A stretch of 64,000 bases of DNA, taken from positions 10,912,001 to 10,976,000 of the forward strand of contig CM060734.1 of the NCBI GenBank assembly GCA_030704615.1, written 5' to 3'. The notes below the pieces were generated by a model. It saw only the letters and a program-made list of their open reading frames with translations, did no database searches and had not been told where the DNA came from. Shown in pieces: positions 38,456 through 50,332 of the stretch. Within the stretch, counting starts at the first letter, position 1. The number at the start of each line of letters is the position of its first letter. The position numbers and the translations under genes were made by a program. Source of the stretch: Takakia lepidozioides (lineage: Eukaryota; Plantae; Bryophyta).

Positions 38456-38672
38456 TCTTTCATGACAACGACCCTAGGGGTCATGTCTTTGTCTTGACAT
38501 GACAAAAAGTATCTTCCCTCTGCCTCTTTCTTTTTAACTTTTTCTGCCCTATCTCTCCCTCTCTAGTTTGTTTTTTTATTGTGAGCAGCACAAAAGAGAG
38601 GGAGAGAGAGGAAAGATATACATGTCATGTCAAGACATGGACAATACCACTAAGGTCATTGTCATTGAAAGA
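38456..38672. repeat. MITE-like hairpin with ~50-bp arms
   Basis: tctttcatgacaacgacc..gtcttgacatgaca vs tgtcatgtcaagac..ggtcattgtcattgaaaga; its core ttgtgagcagcacaaaagagag recurs at ~44292. Confidence 0.65.
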
Positions 38673-38779
38673 CAAGGCCGCCCTTTACAGGGCACCATCT
38701 AACAACCCCTTTCATGTTTACCATCTCATTTGAATATCCCATTACATTTCAGGGTATCTGAAAAAACAGGGCGTGGGAG

Positions 38780-40170
38780 GGTGGGATTCTTGGTCATTCA
38801 GATTATGAAAGCACCATGGTTTGACATAAAACATTCACCACCGTACTTGCAGATTGTAATCTCATTTCAAAAACCAGATTGCAGGTCTAGAGATAAATCT
38901 CTAGAACCAAGCACATAGTACTTTAAATTGAAATTGAAACAGCAAGACATACATGTCTTAAGCATTTGCCCATTTACATAATGCTTCCTAATTTCCTGTT
39001 GACATGGGTCAAGCCATACATAATCCAGTTCTTGAGCCGTTCAACTTCCTAAAAAGGCATCCTCTGTTGACTTGAAACTGATATATCAATGCCAAGACAC
39101 AAGCAGGATTCATAAAATAGAAACAGGGCCGAGTATTTTTAAGCAGATATAGGCCTGGAGTGGTATTCCATGGCCTCATAAACAGTTCTGCCAGGGTAAA
39201 AAATAACTCAGAATTCCAGGTCAATCATATTATGAAAGCACCATAGTTTGACATAAAACAATGACCACCATACTTGCAGATTGTAATCTCAGATTGCAGG
39301 TCTGGAGATAAATCTCCAAAGCCAAGCACATAGTACTTTAAATTGAAATTGAAACAGCAAGACATACATGTCTTAAGCATTTGCTAGTTTACATAATGCT
39401 TCCTAATTTCTTGTTGACATGGGTCAAGCCATACATAATCCAGTTCTTGAGCCGTTCAACTTCCTAAAAATGCATCCTCTTTTGGCTTGAAACTGATATA
39501 TCAATGCCAAGACACAAGCAGGGTTCATAAAATAGAAACAGGGCCGAGTATTTTTAAGCAGATACAGGCCTGGAGTGGTATTCCATGGCCTCATAAACAG
39601 TTCTGCCAGGGTAAAAAATAACTCAGAATTCTAGGTCAATCATATTATGAAAGCACCATAGTTTGACATAAAACAATCACCACCATACTTGCAGATTGTA
39701 ACCTCATTTCAAAAACCAGATTGCAAGTCTGGAGATAAATCTCCAAAGCCAAGCACATAGTACTTTAAATTGCAATTGAAACAGCAAGCCATACATGTCT
39801 TAAGCATTTGCCTGTTGACATAATGCCTCCTAATTTTTTGTTGACATGGGTCAAGCCTTACATAATCCAGTTCTTGAGCCATTCATCTTCCTAAAAAGGC
39901 ATCCTGTGTTGGCTTGAAACTGATATATCAGTGCCAAGACACAAGCAAGATTCATAAAGTAGAAACAAGGCTGAGTTTTTTCAAGCATATACAGGTGGTG
40001 TTCCAGGGCCTCATAAACAGCTCTGCCAGGGTAAAAAATAACTCAGAATTCCAGGTCAATCATATTATGAAAACACCATGGTTTGGTAAAAAAATCACCA
40101 CTATACTTGCATATTGTACCCTCATTTTAGAAACCAGATTGCAGGTCTGGAGATAATCTCCAGAGCCAAG
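38780..40170. repeat. ~420-bp tandem repeat, about 3.3 copies
   Basis: attatgaaa(g/a)cacca..aaaccagattgcaggtct anchors at ~38800, 39230, 39645 and 40063. Confidence 0.9.
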
Positions 40171-43100
40171 CACTTCAAGCAACAACTGTCTTTCTTGCTT
40201 AGTTTTATCTAAGTAAGAATATCTCTGCACCTAGCAAGGTGTATCATGACCAGGTTTAGGCCATGAAAAAGTATTTAAAACTGCCATGCTAGGCTACTTG
40301 CTGGACTATAAAGGTTACTGTTTTAGAATCCAGTTTTTGAATAAGTCACCTCCCTAAAGAAACAGCCAGCCTGAAGGTATCATAGCATTGCAAACATATG
40401 AGCAAGCATTACATGTAATGACTTGGCTTATTTGAGTCTCTGTAAGGAGATGCAGGTCTGGAATGGAATTCCAGGACTTCATCAAAATTCTGCCAAGGTA
40501 GAAAAGCACACAGCACCTACCAGCTAGCAGGTCTTGAAAATCAAAATTGTGATGAAGCCAGGCCTGAAGGTGCTTCAGTGCCAAGTCATAAGCAAGACCT
40601 CTAAAAACACAAAACACGGGGCTTATTCCAGGGCCTCATAAAAAGCTCTGCCAGTAAAAGAAAGGAACTCAGAAATCCTTGTCCATTATCATGTAATAAA
40701 ATCACATTGATATGAGAGCCTGGAAGAATGTTTGTTATCAGACAAGGTCTATCATTCTGATCCATCAAAGCCAGGCCATGAGTTTTCATTTCAGAGCCTA
40801 GTTTCCATGCAGCCAGAGTTATAGCTGCAACCCTATACCTTCGTTGAAAACAGCCAGAGAGATCTTGTTTTCTATGAAGTCCCTTGTGTGTCTTAACTCC
40901 AAAACATGTAGAAGTGGTCATCAAGAACCAAAAACAAGGGTAAGGAGTAAGAAGCCGATCCTCATTAGAGCAGACTTGAAGCCATTTTGGGGCCGCAAGG
41001 TGGTAGATTTGAAACAACAACTGGCATCAGCAACTTCAGGCAGTAGCAGCAATCCCTTTTGCAAGAATCAGAGTCTGCAAGCTTCAAGAATTCAAGACAA
41101 GTGAAGACCCTCACCTGTGCCCGTCCCAAAAACCACCACATAAAGATGTATGTTAGTGAGGATGCATCAGGTGAGTGGCAGGTCTTCACAGTTGCTATCC
41201 ATGTTAGTGCTGAATTCTGAAGCATGTATAGATCACAATTCAAGCAAAGGTAACCTCAAAAGACCTTGAGTGTTTGCGGTATGCCCTGCGCCGTGGCATC
41301 CAACAGATCGTCTCCAACAGAATGCAATCAAAGTAGAAGGGTTCACAGATAGAGAATAGCTCATACAAAGTGAAAGAGCCATATGTAATATGTAGATTAA
41401 TAGGTGTAGAGGACTTCCCAACGAGGAGTAAAAGCGCCTTTGCAAATTAAAAATAACCATGAGGGTCTAAGCAAAGCAATCATCGCTTTGTCGCCTGCCA
41501 GAGAAGAATCTGCATAACCGCCAATGCGCATCCCAAGAGCCAGCCATCACGGGCAACATGCAACAGCTGGGGAGCAGATTTACACGGCACATCATCAAGG
41601 ATCCCCGAAGCACAAGTTCTGTGCTGTAAAAGGTGTCGACTTGCTTAGGGCACAGATCCCCGATTTCTCATCCAGGGGGATGAAAAGTCGCATTCTAGCA
41701 GGAGATGCACTTGTCAATTGATGACATCCATTAAAAAGGTAACTTTTAGGGTTAGGGTATAGGCTCAAGCTTAATAACTACCATCATTTATAATAAATGA
41801 TGGTAAAATTATTATCTCCTGGATTAAAATAGGTCACCATCATTCATGGAATTCATCCAATTTGGATGAAAAAGGAGAAAACAAATGATAAACCAAGATT
41901 TTTGCACAGTAAGGGTCATCATCCTAATAATTTCATCCAGTAAATTTACCTGCCAGTATTTGTTTAAACTGGTCTGCAGCACAACTTGAAAAAAGTCCAA
42001 GTGTTGGTACCTTTATCATTTCAAATCAACTACAGACTACAGGCTGTATTACAAGGCCATAGTAAGGCAAATTGCTATGCTAACAGCCCATACAGGGGAG
42101 GGGAACAGCCCCAGTTAATTTCCAGACCCCCCCTATACCATTATTCCTTGCTGCAGCTGAGAATCAGAGTTCATGACACAACCACGCCTGCATATGACAC
42201 TGTACAAACATCCCATGGCAGTACATGACATTGCCTACATACCACATTTACATCACATCTCATCTGACCATGTCATTACACCATGCCCAGGGAGTATTTC
42301 CACTTAAGCTCCCTGGCTGCTTCAAAAACCAATCACCAAAGGAATTGCTGCCATTTTTCATTGTCAGCCGAGTGGCCATAAGCATAAACTTCACCATACC
42401 ATGGCCTAAGCATGCAGCTAAGAAAAGCCATCTAGGTTTAAACAAAGCAGGGGTATTTTACCATCATGGGTACCCAAGTGGCTGCAGCAAAATGTTCCTT
42501 GCAGCCCCCTTTTATACTGTTTAACCTACCAGAGGGTAGGCAAAGCAAACTAAGGCCCAAAAATCAGATGTGTGTCCTACACAAGCCACCATATGCTCGG
42601 TTGTCATAGCATAACAAAGGCCTTCCACTGGCTGAGAAGAAGTTGCCCACCATAAACAACACCATACTTGTTCTTCATAGATAAAACAAGGAGGTAGGAT
42701 CAAGAAAAACCATAGAGTAGTTTAGTTTTTCAACATTTTAAGATGAATCCATGGCCAGCAACCACCTCTACAACTATGCAACCCACTTGGCATCCTGCAG
42801 TACCTAGAATTCAGCATATTAAGTGGAAGCCCTCACCTGTGCCCGTCCCAAAACAACCACAAAGCGTTGTGAGTTAGTGAGGATGCACGAGGTGAATGGC
42901 AGGACACTTGCTATCGAGGTCAAATACACATGAAACTAAGCACAGAGAATGCCAAAGATCGCAGGGAAGCAAAACAAACAGAAAAGAGAACCTTTTTAAC
43001 TGTTTGGGGGATGGTAGTCATCGTTCCACAAACCCAGCCGTGCGGGGAGGCCTCCACCAGCACCACAGACCTGATACTTTAACCAAAGCAAAGCCTTGCC

Positions 43101-44218
43101 GAGCACAAGAGCAAGAAAGAGAGCTTTGTCACATAAGGTAGGGTTTATAAAGGGAAGAGAGACTTCCTTGGTTTACAAAAGCGCCGCCATTCATCAAGGA
43201 TCCAGGGGGAGGGCTCCTAGGGAAACTCCACAACCAGGCAGGCGGTACCTCCGCCATCACTGCCTATGTTCCCTTGTGCAGCAAAAAAATAGACAGAAGA
43301 GGCAATGAATCTTCCCTCATCTCTAAGCCACTGCCATCGCCTTAAAGAGCGCGCAGAGGCGGCGCTCACAGGAGCCTTAAACACTCCAGGGATCAGCAGC
43401 TCACGGGGTCTGCAGCACGAGCACCATCGCCACCTCCAAGCCGCCATCACGCGCATTCTCGCAACGCAAAAGAAAGAAACTAGGGTTGCGCAGGGCCTTA
43501 CCCTGTCAGGTTTTGTCATTCATCCCTTGTTAGGATGAAACACATCCACCAAAGCTTTCAACCCGACGGACGCTGTCCGTTTCCCATCCAGGGTAGATGA
43601 AAAAATCGGGCATTTACAATTCATCCTCTGCTGCCTTGAATCCGACGGACGGGGTCCGTTTCCCATCCAGGGTAGATGAAAAAGACCGGGGCATTCACAT
43701 TCATTCATACCTGCTTTGAACCCGACGGACATCCATCCAGGGTAGATAAAAAAAATCGGGTACTTCACAATCATCCACAGCTGCCTTGGTCCCAACGGAC
43801 AGAGTCCGTTTTCCCATCCAGGGTAGATGAACTCCACAATCATCCACAGCTGACAGACACAGTCCGTTTCACATCCAGGGTAGATGAAAAAAATCGGGCA
43901 CGAATAAACATCCACTGCATTCTTGAACCCGACGGACAGACACCGTTTTTCATCCGGGGTGGATGAAAAAGGTCAGGTATTCATACCAGGCTTATACAGT
44001 ATCTGACTATAGCATAGTCCGGATGAATCCGGGTAGATTATGATGTAAAAGCCGTAGGTATTAATGAAAAAACAGAGGCTTACCAGGGAGAAATGATGGA
44101 ATCCGGATGAAAATCATCCGGTTTCCCTGCAACCCAGATTTTAAGTATTCAAAGATGGAAGTTGGGACAACAATTCCATGAACCCAGTTTACAGAGGGAG
44201 AGAGAGGGAGAAAGAGGG

Positions 44219-44394
44219 CGATAGGGGGCAACAAAGAAAAAGAAAAAAAAAGGTGGGGGGGGGGGGGGGGACTGAGCAGTAGCTATTTTTTTTGTGAGCA
44301 GCACAAAAGAGAGTAAGAGAGAGGGGCTGCTGCTCAGTCACTCCCCCCCCCCCCCCCCCCACCTTCTTTTTTGTTTGTTTGTTGCCCCCTCTCG
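44219..44394. repeat. Hairpin with ~65-bp arms (poly-G/poly-C)
   Basis: agggggcaacaaa..ggtggggg..actgagcagtagc vs gctgctgctcagt..ccccacc..tttgttgccccct. Confidence 0.75.
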
Positions 44395-44787
44395 AGACCA
44401 GCAGCACTTGCTGCTCTCAGCCCCCCACATGTTTTTTTTTTTTTTTTTTGATGTGGAATGTAGAGGTTGTTTCCCGGTGAGGCCAAATTTTGGGTTTGCA
44501 TGACAGGTGCCAGGCTTATGGGGAAAGAGAAGAAGTCCCCTGCCCCAAAGAAAGGGGCGGAGATCAACCCGTATGCTTTGCCGGCACGTGTGACGCGGGC
44601 TGGCGTCTCACGGTTTACCAGCCCCATTGACAGTTGCAGCCGGGAGGGGTCGTCCACCCCCCGAGGCCAGTCCCCCCCCCTCTTGTCCCCGTCTTGGATG
44701 CGCTAGGGGCCGGCTCAGCCAGCTCTCTTATTTGGGAGGTTGTTGCTGAGCCGGATGCTAAGTTGAGCACACCCCCGTCCACCAAGA

Positions 44788-45616
44788 TGGGTGAAATGTA
44801 CCTTGGCAAGCGCATCACCCGTTCGGGGCCCCGGTATGGGCAACTTTTGGATGTCACCCCTATAGCGACCCCTTCCTCTGCAGCGAAGGCTGCACTTGCC
44901 AAGGCCCAAGGTCAGGTTCAAGGGCCTTTGGAAGTGGTCGTTCCTAGCCCAATGTTGAGGATGAGGGAGGAGAGCCTATGAGGTGGCTGAGTTGAGGAAG
45001 CGCCTTGAATTAGTCAAGCCGGGTGAGGGCCTCGAACTTGTGGAGCATTTGGGGGGGGGGGAGGAGCTACGGGCTGGTGGAGTGCCTAGCCGACCAATGA
45101 CGCGGCCCCCTCAGCCTGAGCAGTCAGCAAAGAAGGGCCTGGACTACGGGGCGCCGCCGCCGGCTATGGTCGACATCTGGAATCTACTTCCAGTGGCGCT
45201 CCGGGAGGGGATAGCGCGGGCACATCCGACAACGGGGACTCCTGCCACATCGGGTGACACCGGGGCCGAGTTGGCCAAGCTTGCAAAGGTACAACTGTGG
45301 CACTTTGTTCCATGTTTTGTCCTTTCCTTTGCATGCATGATTTTCCTTGTTGTTTGTTTCTTTTTTCGAATTTGGGGGGGTTATTCGTCTTTAGGGGGCA
45401 GCAACATTCTTGGCCTCATTGGCGCAGTCCAGTGCAGTTGCCAATGAGGGAGAGCACGTGGTGTTCATGAAGGACCCGAACACCAAAAGTAAGAAGAAGA
45501 GGCCTCGACCTCCCGAGGTCCCTTTTACATTCAATAAAGGGGCTGCCGAGAAGAGAGAGATAAGGGAGAGGGAGAAGGAGAGAGAGGAAGTAGCGGGGAA
45601 GGGGAAGGAAAAGAAG

Positions 45617-45647
<31 letters not shown>

Positions 45648-46728
45648 CCCGTGGAGATGAAGGGGTGAGTGTGCATGCGGGGGAGGGCAGTGGGGTAACA
45701 AAGGAGCAGGGGAAGGAGGCTACAAAGAAGGGGAAGAAATCCTTGGGGATAGAGGACGTGGAGTTGGCAAAGATTGTGGTGCCACCGGTGGAGGTTAATC
45801 GCCATGGTGACCCCTGCGGTGCGTTCTGGGAGGCTATGAAGAAGCCAACCTTCAAACTCGCAACGCGGTGGTTCCCTTGGCACATTGAGTGGGCTGATCA
45901 GCACTTTGGCACGAAGCAGGCGTATGCCCGTGAGTTAGACCGCCGGTTTCCGGGCAATTGGAGTGACACAAGGGTGATGGAGATGGTGGGGCGGAACTTG
46001 AAGGACAAGAGATACCGTGCCAGAGAGATCATTCGGAGGGCAATGGAAAAAAGGGCCCAACCCAAACCACCTTATGGAATTACACAGGTTGGAAAATCCT
46101 TGAATCATTTCACCTTCCATTTGTTGCATTTGCATTAATGAGGTGGATTCAATGCAACGATGTGTGTAATTCACTAATTGTTTTGGGGGGGGGGGGGGAT
46201 AGGTATCGTGGGATGGACTCATTATGGGAGAGATGATGCGGCAAAGAAGGCCAAATTTGAGCAGGCACGTGAAGCAACCACAGCCCGCCTTGACAAGCAC
46301 GAATCCACACACAAGTGGGGCACTGGCAGATCCAAGGGTTTTATCTTGCGATTTGTAAGTCATACCTCCCTATGTATTTTGTTATGTCTTCTTTCTGGCT
46401 CCATCATCGTGAGGAACTGACTTTAATTTGTGGCATGTGTAGCAACGCGCATTTGAGAGGAAGCCATCTCCGGTAGAGTACAACTATGCCAAGGAGCATG
46501 GTTGGCAATCCCTCATGAAGAACATGGCCAACACGGAGGGGATGAGTGCACTACAGGGCACTAGTATGGATGAGGGGGGGGGGGTTCATGGCCAGGGATT
46601 GGATGAGAGCTCTGTGGGGACTTAGGGGAACGCCGCCTGCTTTAGGTGCTCAGGCAAAGGGCACGGAGTCATCAGGCTCATCGGATAGCTATGAGTCCTC
46701 CTCTGAGGATGAGGATGAGGATGACTAG
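44788..46728 (+). pseudogene. CACTA ORF2 (TnpA / Transposase_24-like) gene, spliced and decayed
   Basis: Lys-rich region, WHIEWADQH..MVGRNLKDKRYR..PPYGITQ|intron|..STHKWGTGRS..|intron ~46355-46443|..ERKPSPVE, acidic tail. Confidence 0.5.
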
Positions 46729-46774
46729 TCCTAGTCCGTGTAGGTCCCAGGGTCAGCCTACTGAACCCTTGTGA

Positions 46775-46830
46775 GGGGGGCTGCTATTTCATGAGCCATG
46801 AGCCATGAGTGGCATGAGCCATGAGGAGAG
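46775..46830 (+). repeat. Putative element terminus with ATGAGCC repeats
   Basis: Similar to 3253-3330. Confidence 0.55.
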
Positions 46831-47238
46831 TCGTAAGTGTCGAAAAAAACATGAGCAGGACTATTTTCTGGAAATGAGTGTCCGCGGGAATAGGGTTTAG
46901 GGTGTCACGGTCATAGGGGGAGAAGGACCTCCCGATGAAGGAGGTTCGGGAATGGTTTTTAGAATTACATACTGAAAGGCAATATTTCACGAATGGTAGG
47001 GTGGTACTGCTCTGTACAATGGGGGCCCATTTCAGCCTCCCAGCCACTTGCAAAATCCACCCACACTCCCAATCCCAAACGAAATGAGGAATGATGCATT
47101 CTGGGAACGATGGATACAGAATAGAACAAAAAGAGGGCACAATGGGGTTTTTATTGATCCACATGAATTGCATTTGAAGCACGTCTACTGTGCTGATTGT
47201 GCAAACAAATCTTTAGCCTTGTGCCTTCTGAATACAAG

Positions 47239-47795
47239 TCACGTTGTCAATGGGACTTCGACTGCTCTGAGAACTAGCTCATGAGTCATCGGGCTCCTCC
47301 AGGTAAACTGGATTGCAGCCGTTGTACCGCCCCTGTTGATGTTCACCACAATGTCGTGCCCTTCAATCATACCACCATCGAATATGGAAAGCTTCACATT
47401 TTCGTCGTCCACACCAATGCGAATGTCCCCATACAATGGAGAAGAGGAGCGCACTCCTTCAGGAGTATAAGTCTATCCGATGGAGTCCACCCACGTCCAC
47501 TGGCAGCAGTTCCACCGCAACAGCATAGCAGTGCGCATTCTTCTGCATGGGTGCCCGTCGTAACTGGGAAAATCGGAATCAAGGATGCGCAGGAGCCACG
47601 GACTCCTCAGACCAAGATCGTCACCCTGCTCGAAGGTGTAGTGGCCTGGGATATACTCAAAAGCGGACAATGTTTCCACATTTGAACCAGTATCTTCTGT
47701 GTAATCTATGTACCAGATAACGATGTCTCCCGATGTGGCCGAATAAAGCCTCCATAAGGGCAATCGTCCCGGTTCCGGAAGCACGGCATCCTTGC
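47239..47795 (-). pseudogene. Small orphan protein, paralog 1 (~180 aa)
   Basis: DCPY..SGDIVIW..FEYIPGHYTFEQG..PWLLRILDSDFPSYDG..WNCCQWT..YGDIRI..LSIFDGGMIEGHDIVV..ELVLRAVEVP; one frameshift and one stop. Confidence 0.7.
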
Positions 47796-48299
47796 AAAGG
47801 AGGACCTGAGGACGTCTATGATGCCGATGACAATGACCTTGCGGACAGCAACGAAGCCCTTAGATTTTAGAAATGATGAGAAGCGGAAGAGCAGTGTGGG
47901 CTCCAACAATGGAGCATCTGGGTCACACTTACCCACCAATCATCGTGTAACGTGTTCATCACGCCAGCGGTGGATGAACCGATACCTCTTTCTCATCCAC
48001 GGGGTATAGTTTGAAGTCTGCCACTGAAGTCCATCCCCCGGAAGGAAATTCGGCGCCGCATTTACATCGAAGGGGGGATGGACTTCGTCGTCTCGAGTGG
48101 CTATAGGCCCACCTGGCACTTACTGCCCATAGTTTGCATGGCAGGAAAGGAAACTGAAACGGCTACATTCATGGAGCAGCCAATCTTCATCCGTGCAGGT
48201 TCATGTAGGGGGAAAATTTAAATGTGCCCTGGAGTGTTTCTGAGGAATTACAGCGTTTGCTTGAACTTCTTCCAGCCACGGCGCTGCTCTTTTTCAAGG

Positions 48300-48850
48300 A
48301 TGTCGTGCCGTCAAAATCTTGCTGATTGCCCTTATCATGGCCACGATTATGCTATGTTCAAATCAGAATCAGGAGACATCATTGTCTGGCTCTCTGTTTT
48401 CACAAACGCTTCTGGAATCAAGCGGGAGTCTTTGCGTGCAATGGAGTATTTGGAGGGCTATTACCGCTTTGAGCGAGGTGAGGCCGAGGGTCAATGCGGT
48501 CCGTGGGTCCTGAAAATTGTTGACCTCGATATACCAAGCTGGAATGGGATGGCGGACAGATCACGCACGGCCTCACTTTGGCGCTAGAACTGCTGTCAGT
48601 GGACCAGGGAGGACGGCACTGGGGAAAACTATATTCGTGGAGTTCACTCCGCTCTTCCAGTGTATGGAGACATACGGCTGAGTTGCGAAGACGAATCGCA
48701 TGGGCACATGAGGCCCACAGTGACCTTGTCAATGTATGATGGTGGTATGATTGATGGGCATGACATTGTCGTCAGCTCCACCAAGGGCACCAGATTGACC
48801 GCATTGCGGCGTGTACATGTTTCCTTTAACTCATACATGGATTTCCTTCA
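48300..48850 (+). pseudogene. Small orphan protein, paralog 2, head-to-head with paralog 1
   Basis: DCPY..SGDIIVW..MEYLEGYYRFERG..PWVLKIVDLDIPSWNG..*NCCQWT..YGDIRL..LSMYDGGMIDGHDIVV. Confidence 0.7.
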
Positions 48851-48989
48851 CCTCAGGACTCTGATATCGCTGACTCTGGTATATTCATATGGACAGACAC
48901 ATTGTAGAAATGAGATCTCAAATTGTAAATAGTGGGCCAATTATGGTTGTTCTTGAACATGATGAAACACAAGCACACAGAAGTGAGGT

Positions 48990-49130
48990 ACGATGGGTTG
49001 TTTTATTGATCGAACATGGTGTCTCACATTTAGCAACTCCAAACAAATCTAAGCCCTTCCTCCTTCTACATGGGCGTCACCAAGTCGACGGAACTTCGAT
49101 AGCCCTCAAAACAAGCTCATTACTGATGCG
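48990..49130 (-). pseudogene. 3' end and UTR remnant of orphan paralog 3
   Basis: ELVLRAIEVPSTW* followed by a UTR with gatcaataaaa, matching 47140-47285. Confidence 0.55.
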
Positions 49131-49154
49131 GCACCTCGAGGTAAACTCGAAGCT

Positions 49155-50210
49155 CGGAAATTCGGCACCGCATTTCATTTTTCTCCATGCAGCGATTTCT
49201 GGCAGCTCCCTTTCCTCCGTTGTCGTCGTAACGGAAATGTTGTACAACATTTCATTTCCTGACATGGCATTACCATACTTCGAATTGGAAATGCGGCGCT
49301 GCATTTCCATATTGGACCTCGAATTGTCCGAGCATGTCCAGTCGCTAATGCTTGTCCATGTCCATACTTGAAATGCGGCACCGCATTTCCATGTCCGTCA
49401 TCGAAATTTCGTACCGGACAATGAAATGCGGTGCCGCATTTCCGGAGAGCAGAATGGAATGCGGTGCCGCATTTCCTTCGAAGGGTCTGGAATTGGACAA
49501 ACAACGATGTCCGTTCTGGAAATGCGGCACCGCATTTCCATGTCCGTCATCAAAATTTCATATTGGACAATGGAATGCGGTGCCGCATTTCCGTCCAACA
49601 AGACGGAATGCCCACACGGGTCTGGAATTGGACAAACAACGATGTCTATTTTGGAAATGCGGCGCCGCATTTCCCATGTTGGGCAATCGAAAGTTTTTAT
49701 AGGACAATGTAGGTTTTTATAGGACGATGGAATGCGGTGCCGCATTTCCGTCAAAGGGTCTGGAATTGGACAATCAACGATGTCCGTTTTGGAAATGCGG
49801 CGCCGCAATTCCATGTACGTCATCGAAATTTCTTATTGGACAATGGAATGCGGTGCCGCATTCCCGTCTAGCATCATGGAATGGGGAGCCGCATTTCCGT
49901 GGATGGGTCTGCACTTGGAAAAATGTCTATCTCCAAAATGTAAATGCGGCACCGCATTTCCATGTTCGACCTCCGCATTTCCATTTACCTCCATGAAAGG
50001 AGCTGGCAATCGGCAAAACTGCCGTGTCGGAAACGGAAATGCGGCACCGCATTTCCGTTCGGCCGAATAGTTTCTGATGTCCAAACCATGAAACGGAAAA
50101 TTGTTCTTGCCCCGGTTTTGGAAATGCGGTGCCGCATTTCCAAAGGAGGTTTTTGCAGTTGCCACATTTCTGTTCTGACATTGAAATGCGGTGCCGCATT
50201 TCCGATTTTG
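49155..50210. repeat. Array of about 15 GGAAATGCGG-NN-CCGCATTTCC palindromes
   Basis: Same palindrome as 8145-9590 but with different spacers. Confidence 0.93.
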
Positions 50211-50332
50211 GGAGGGACCAGGTTTGGACGATGTTGTCGTTGTGAAGCACATGGGAGAGGGGACATGAAGGACGGGGAGAATTTCCTTTATATACTCTGG
50301 AATAAATGTACAGAGAGTTCATGAAAATTCTA

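Larger units (their letters stand above)
36602..44218. mobile_element. ~7.6-kb foldback element with ~1.8-2 kb imperfect inverted arms (36602-~38370 and ~42170-44218)
   Basis: For example atggaattgttgtcccgacttccatc (~36640) vs gatggaagttgggacaacaattccat (~44155); the arms are collinear in reverse and carry catccagggtagatgaaa repeats; no coding capacity seen. Confidence 0.85.
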
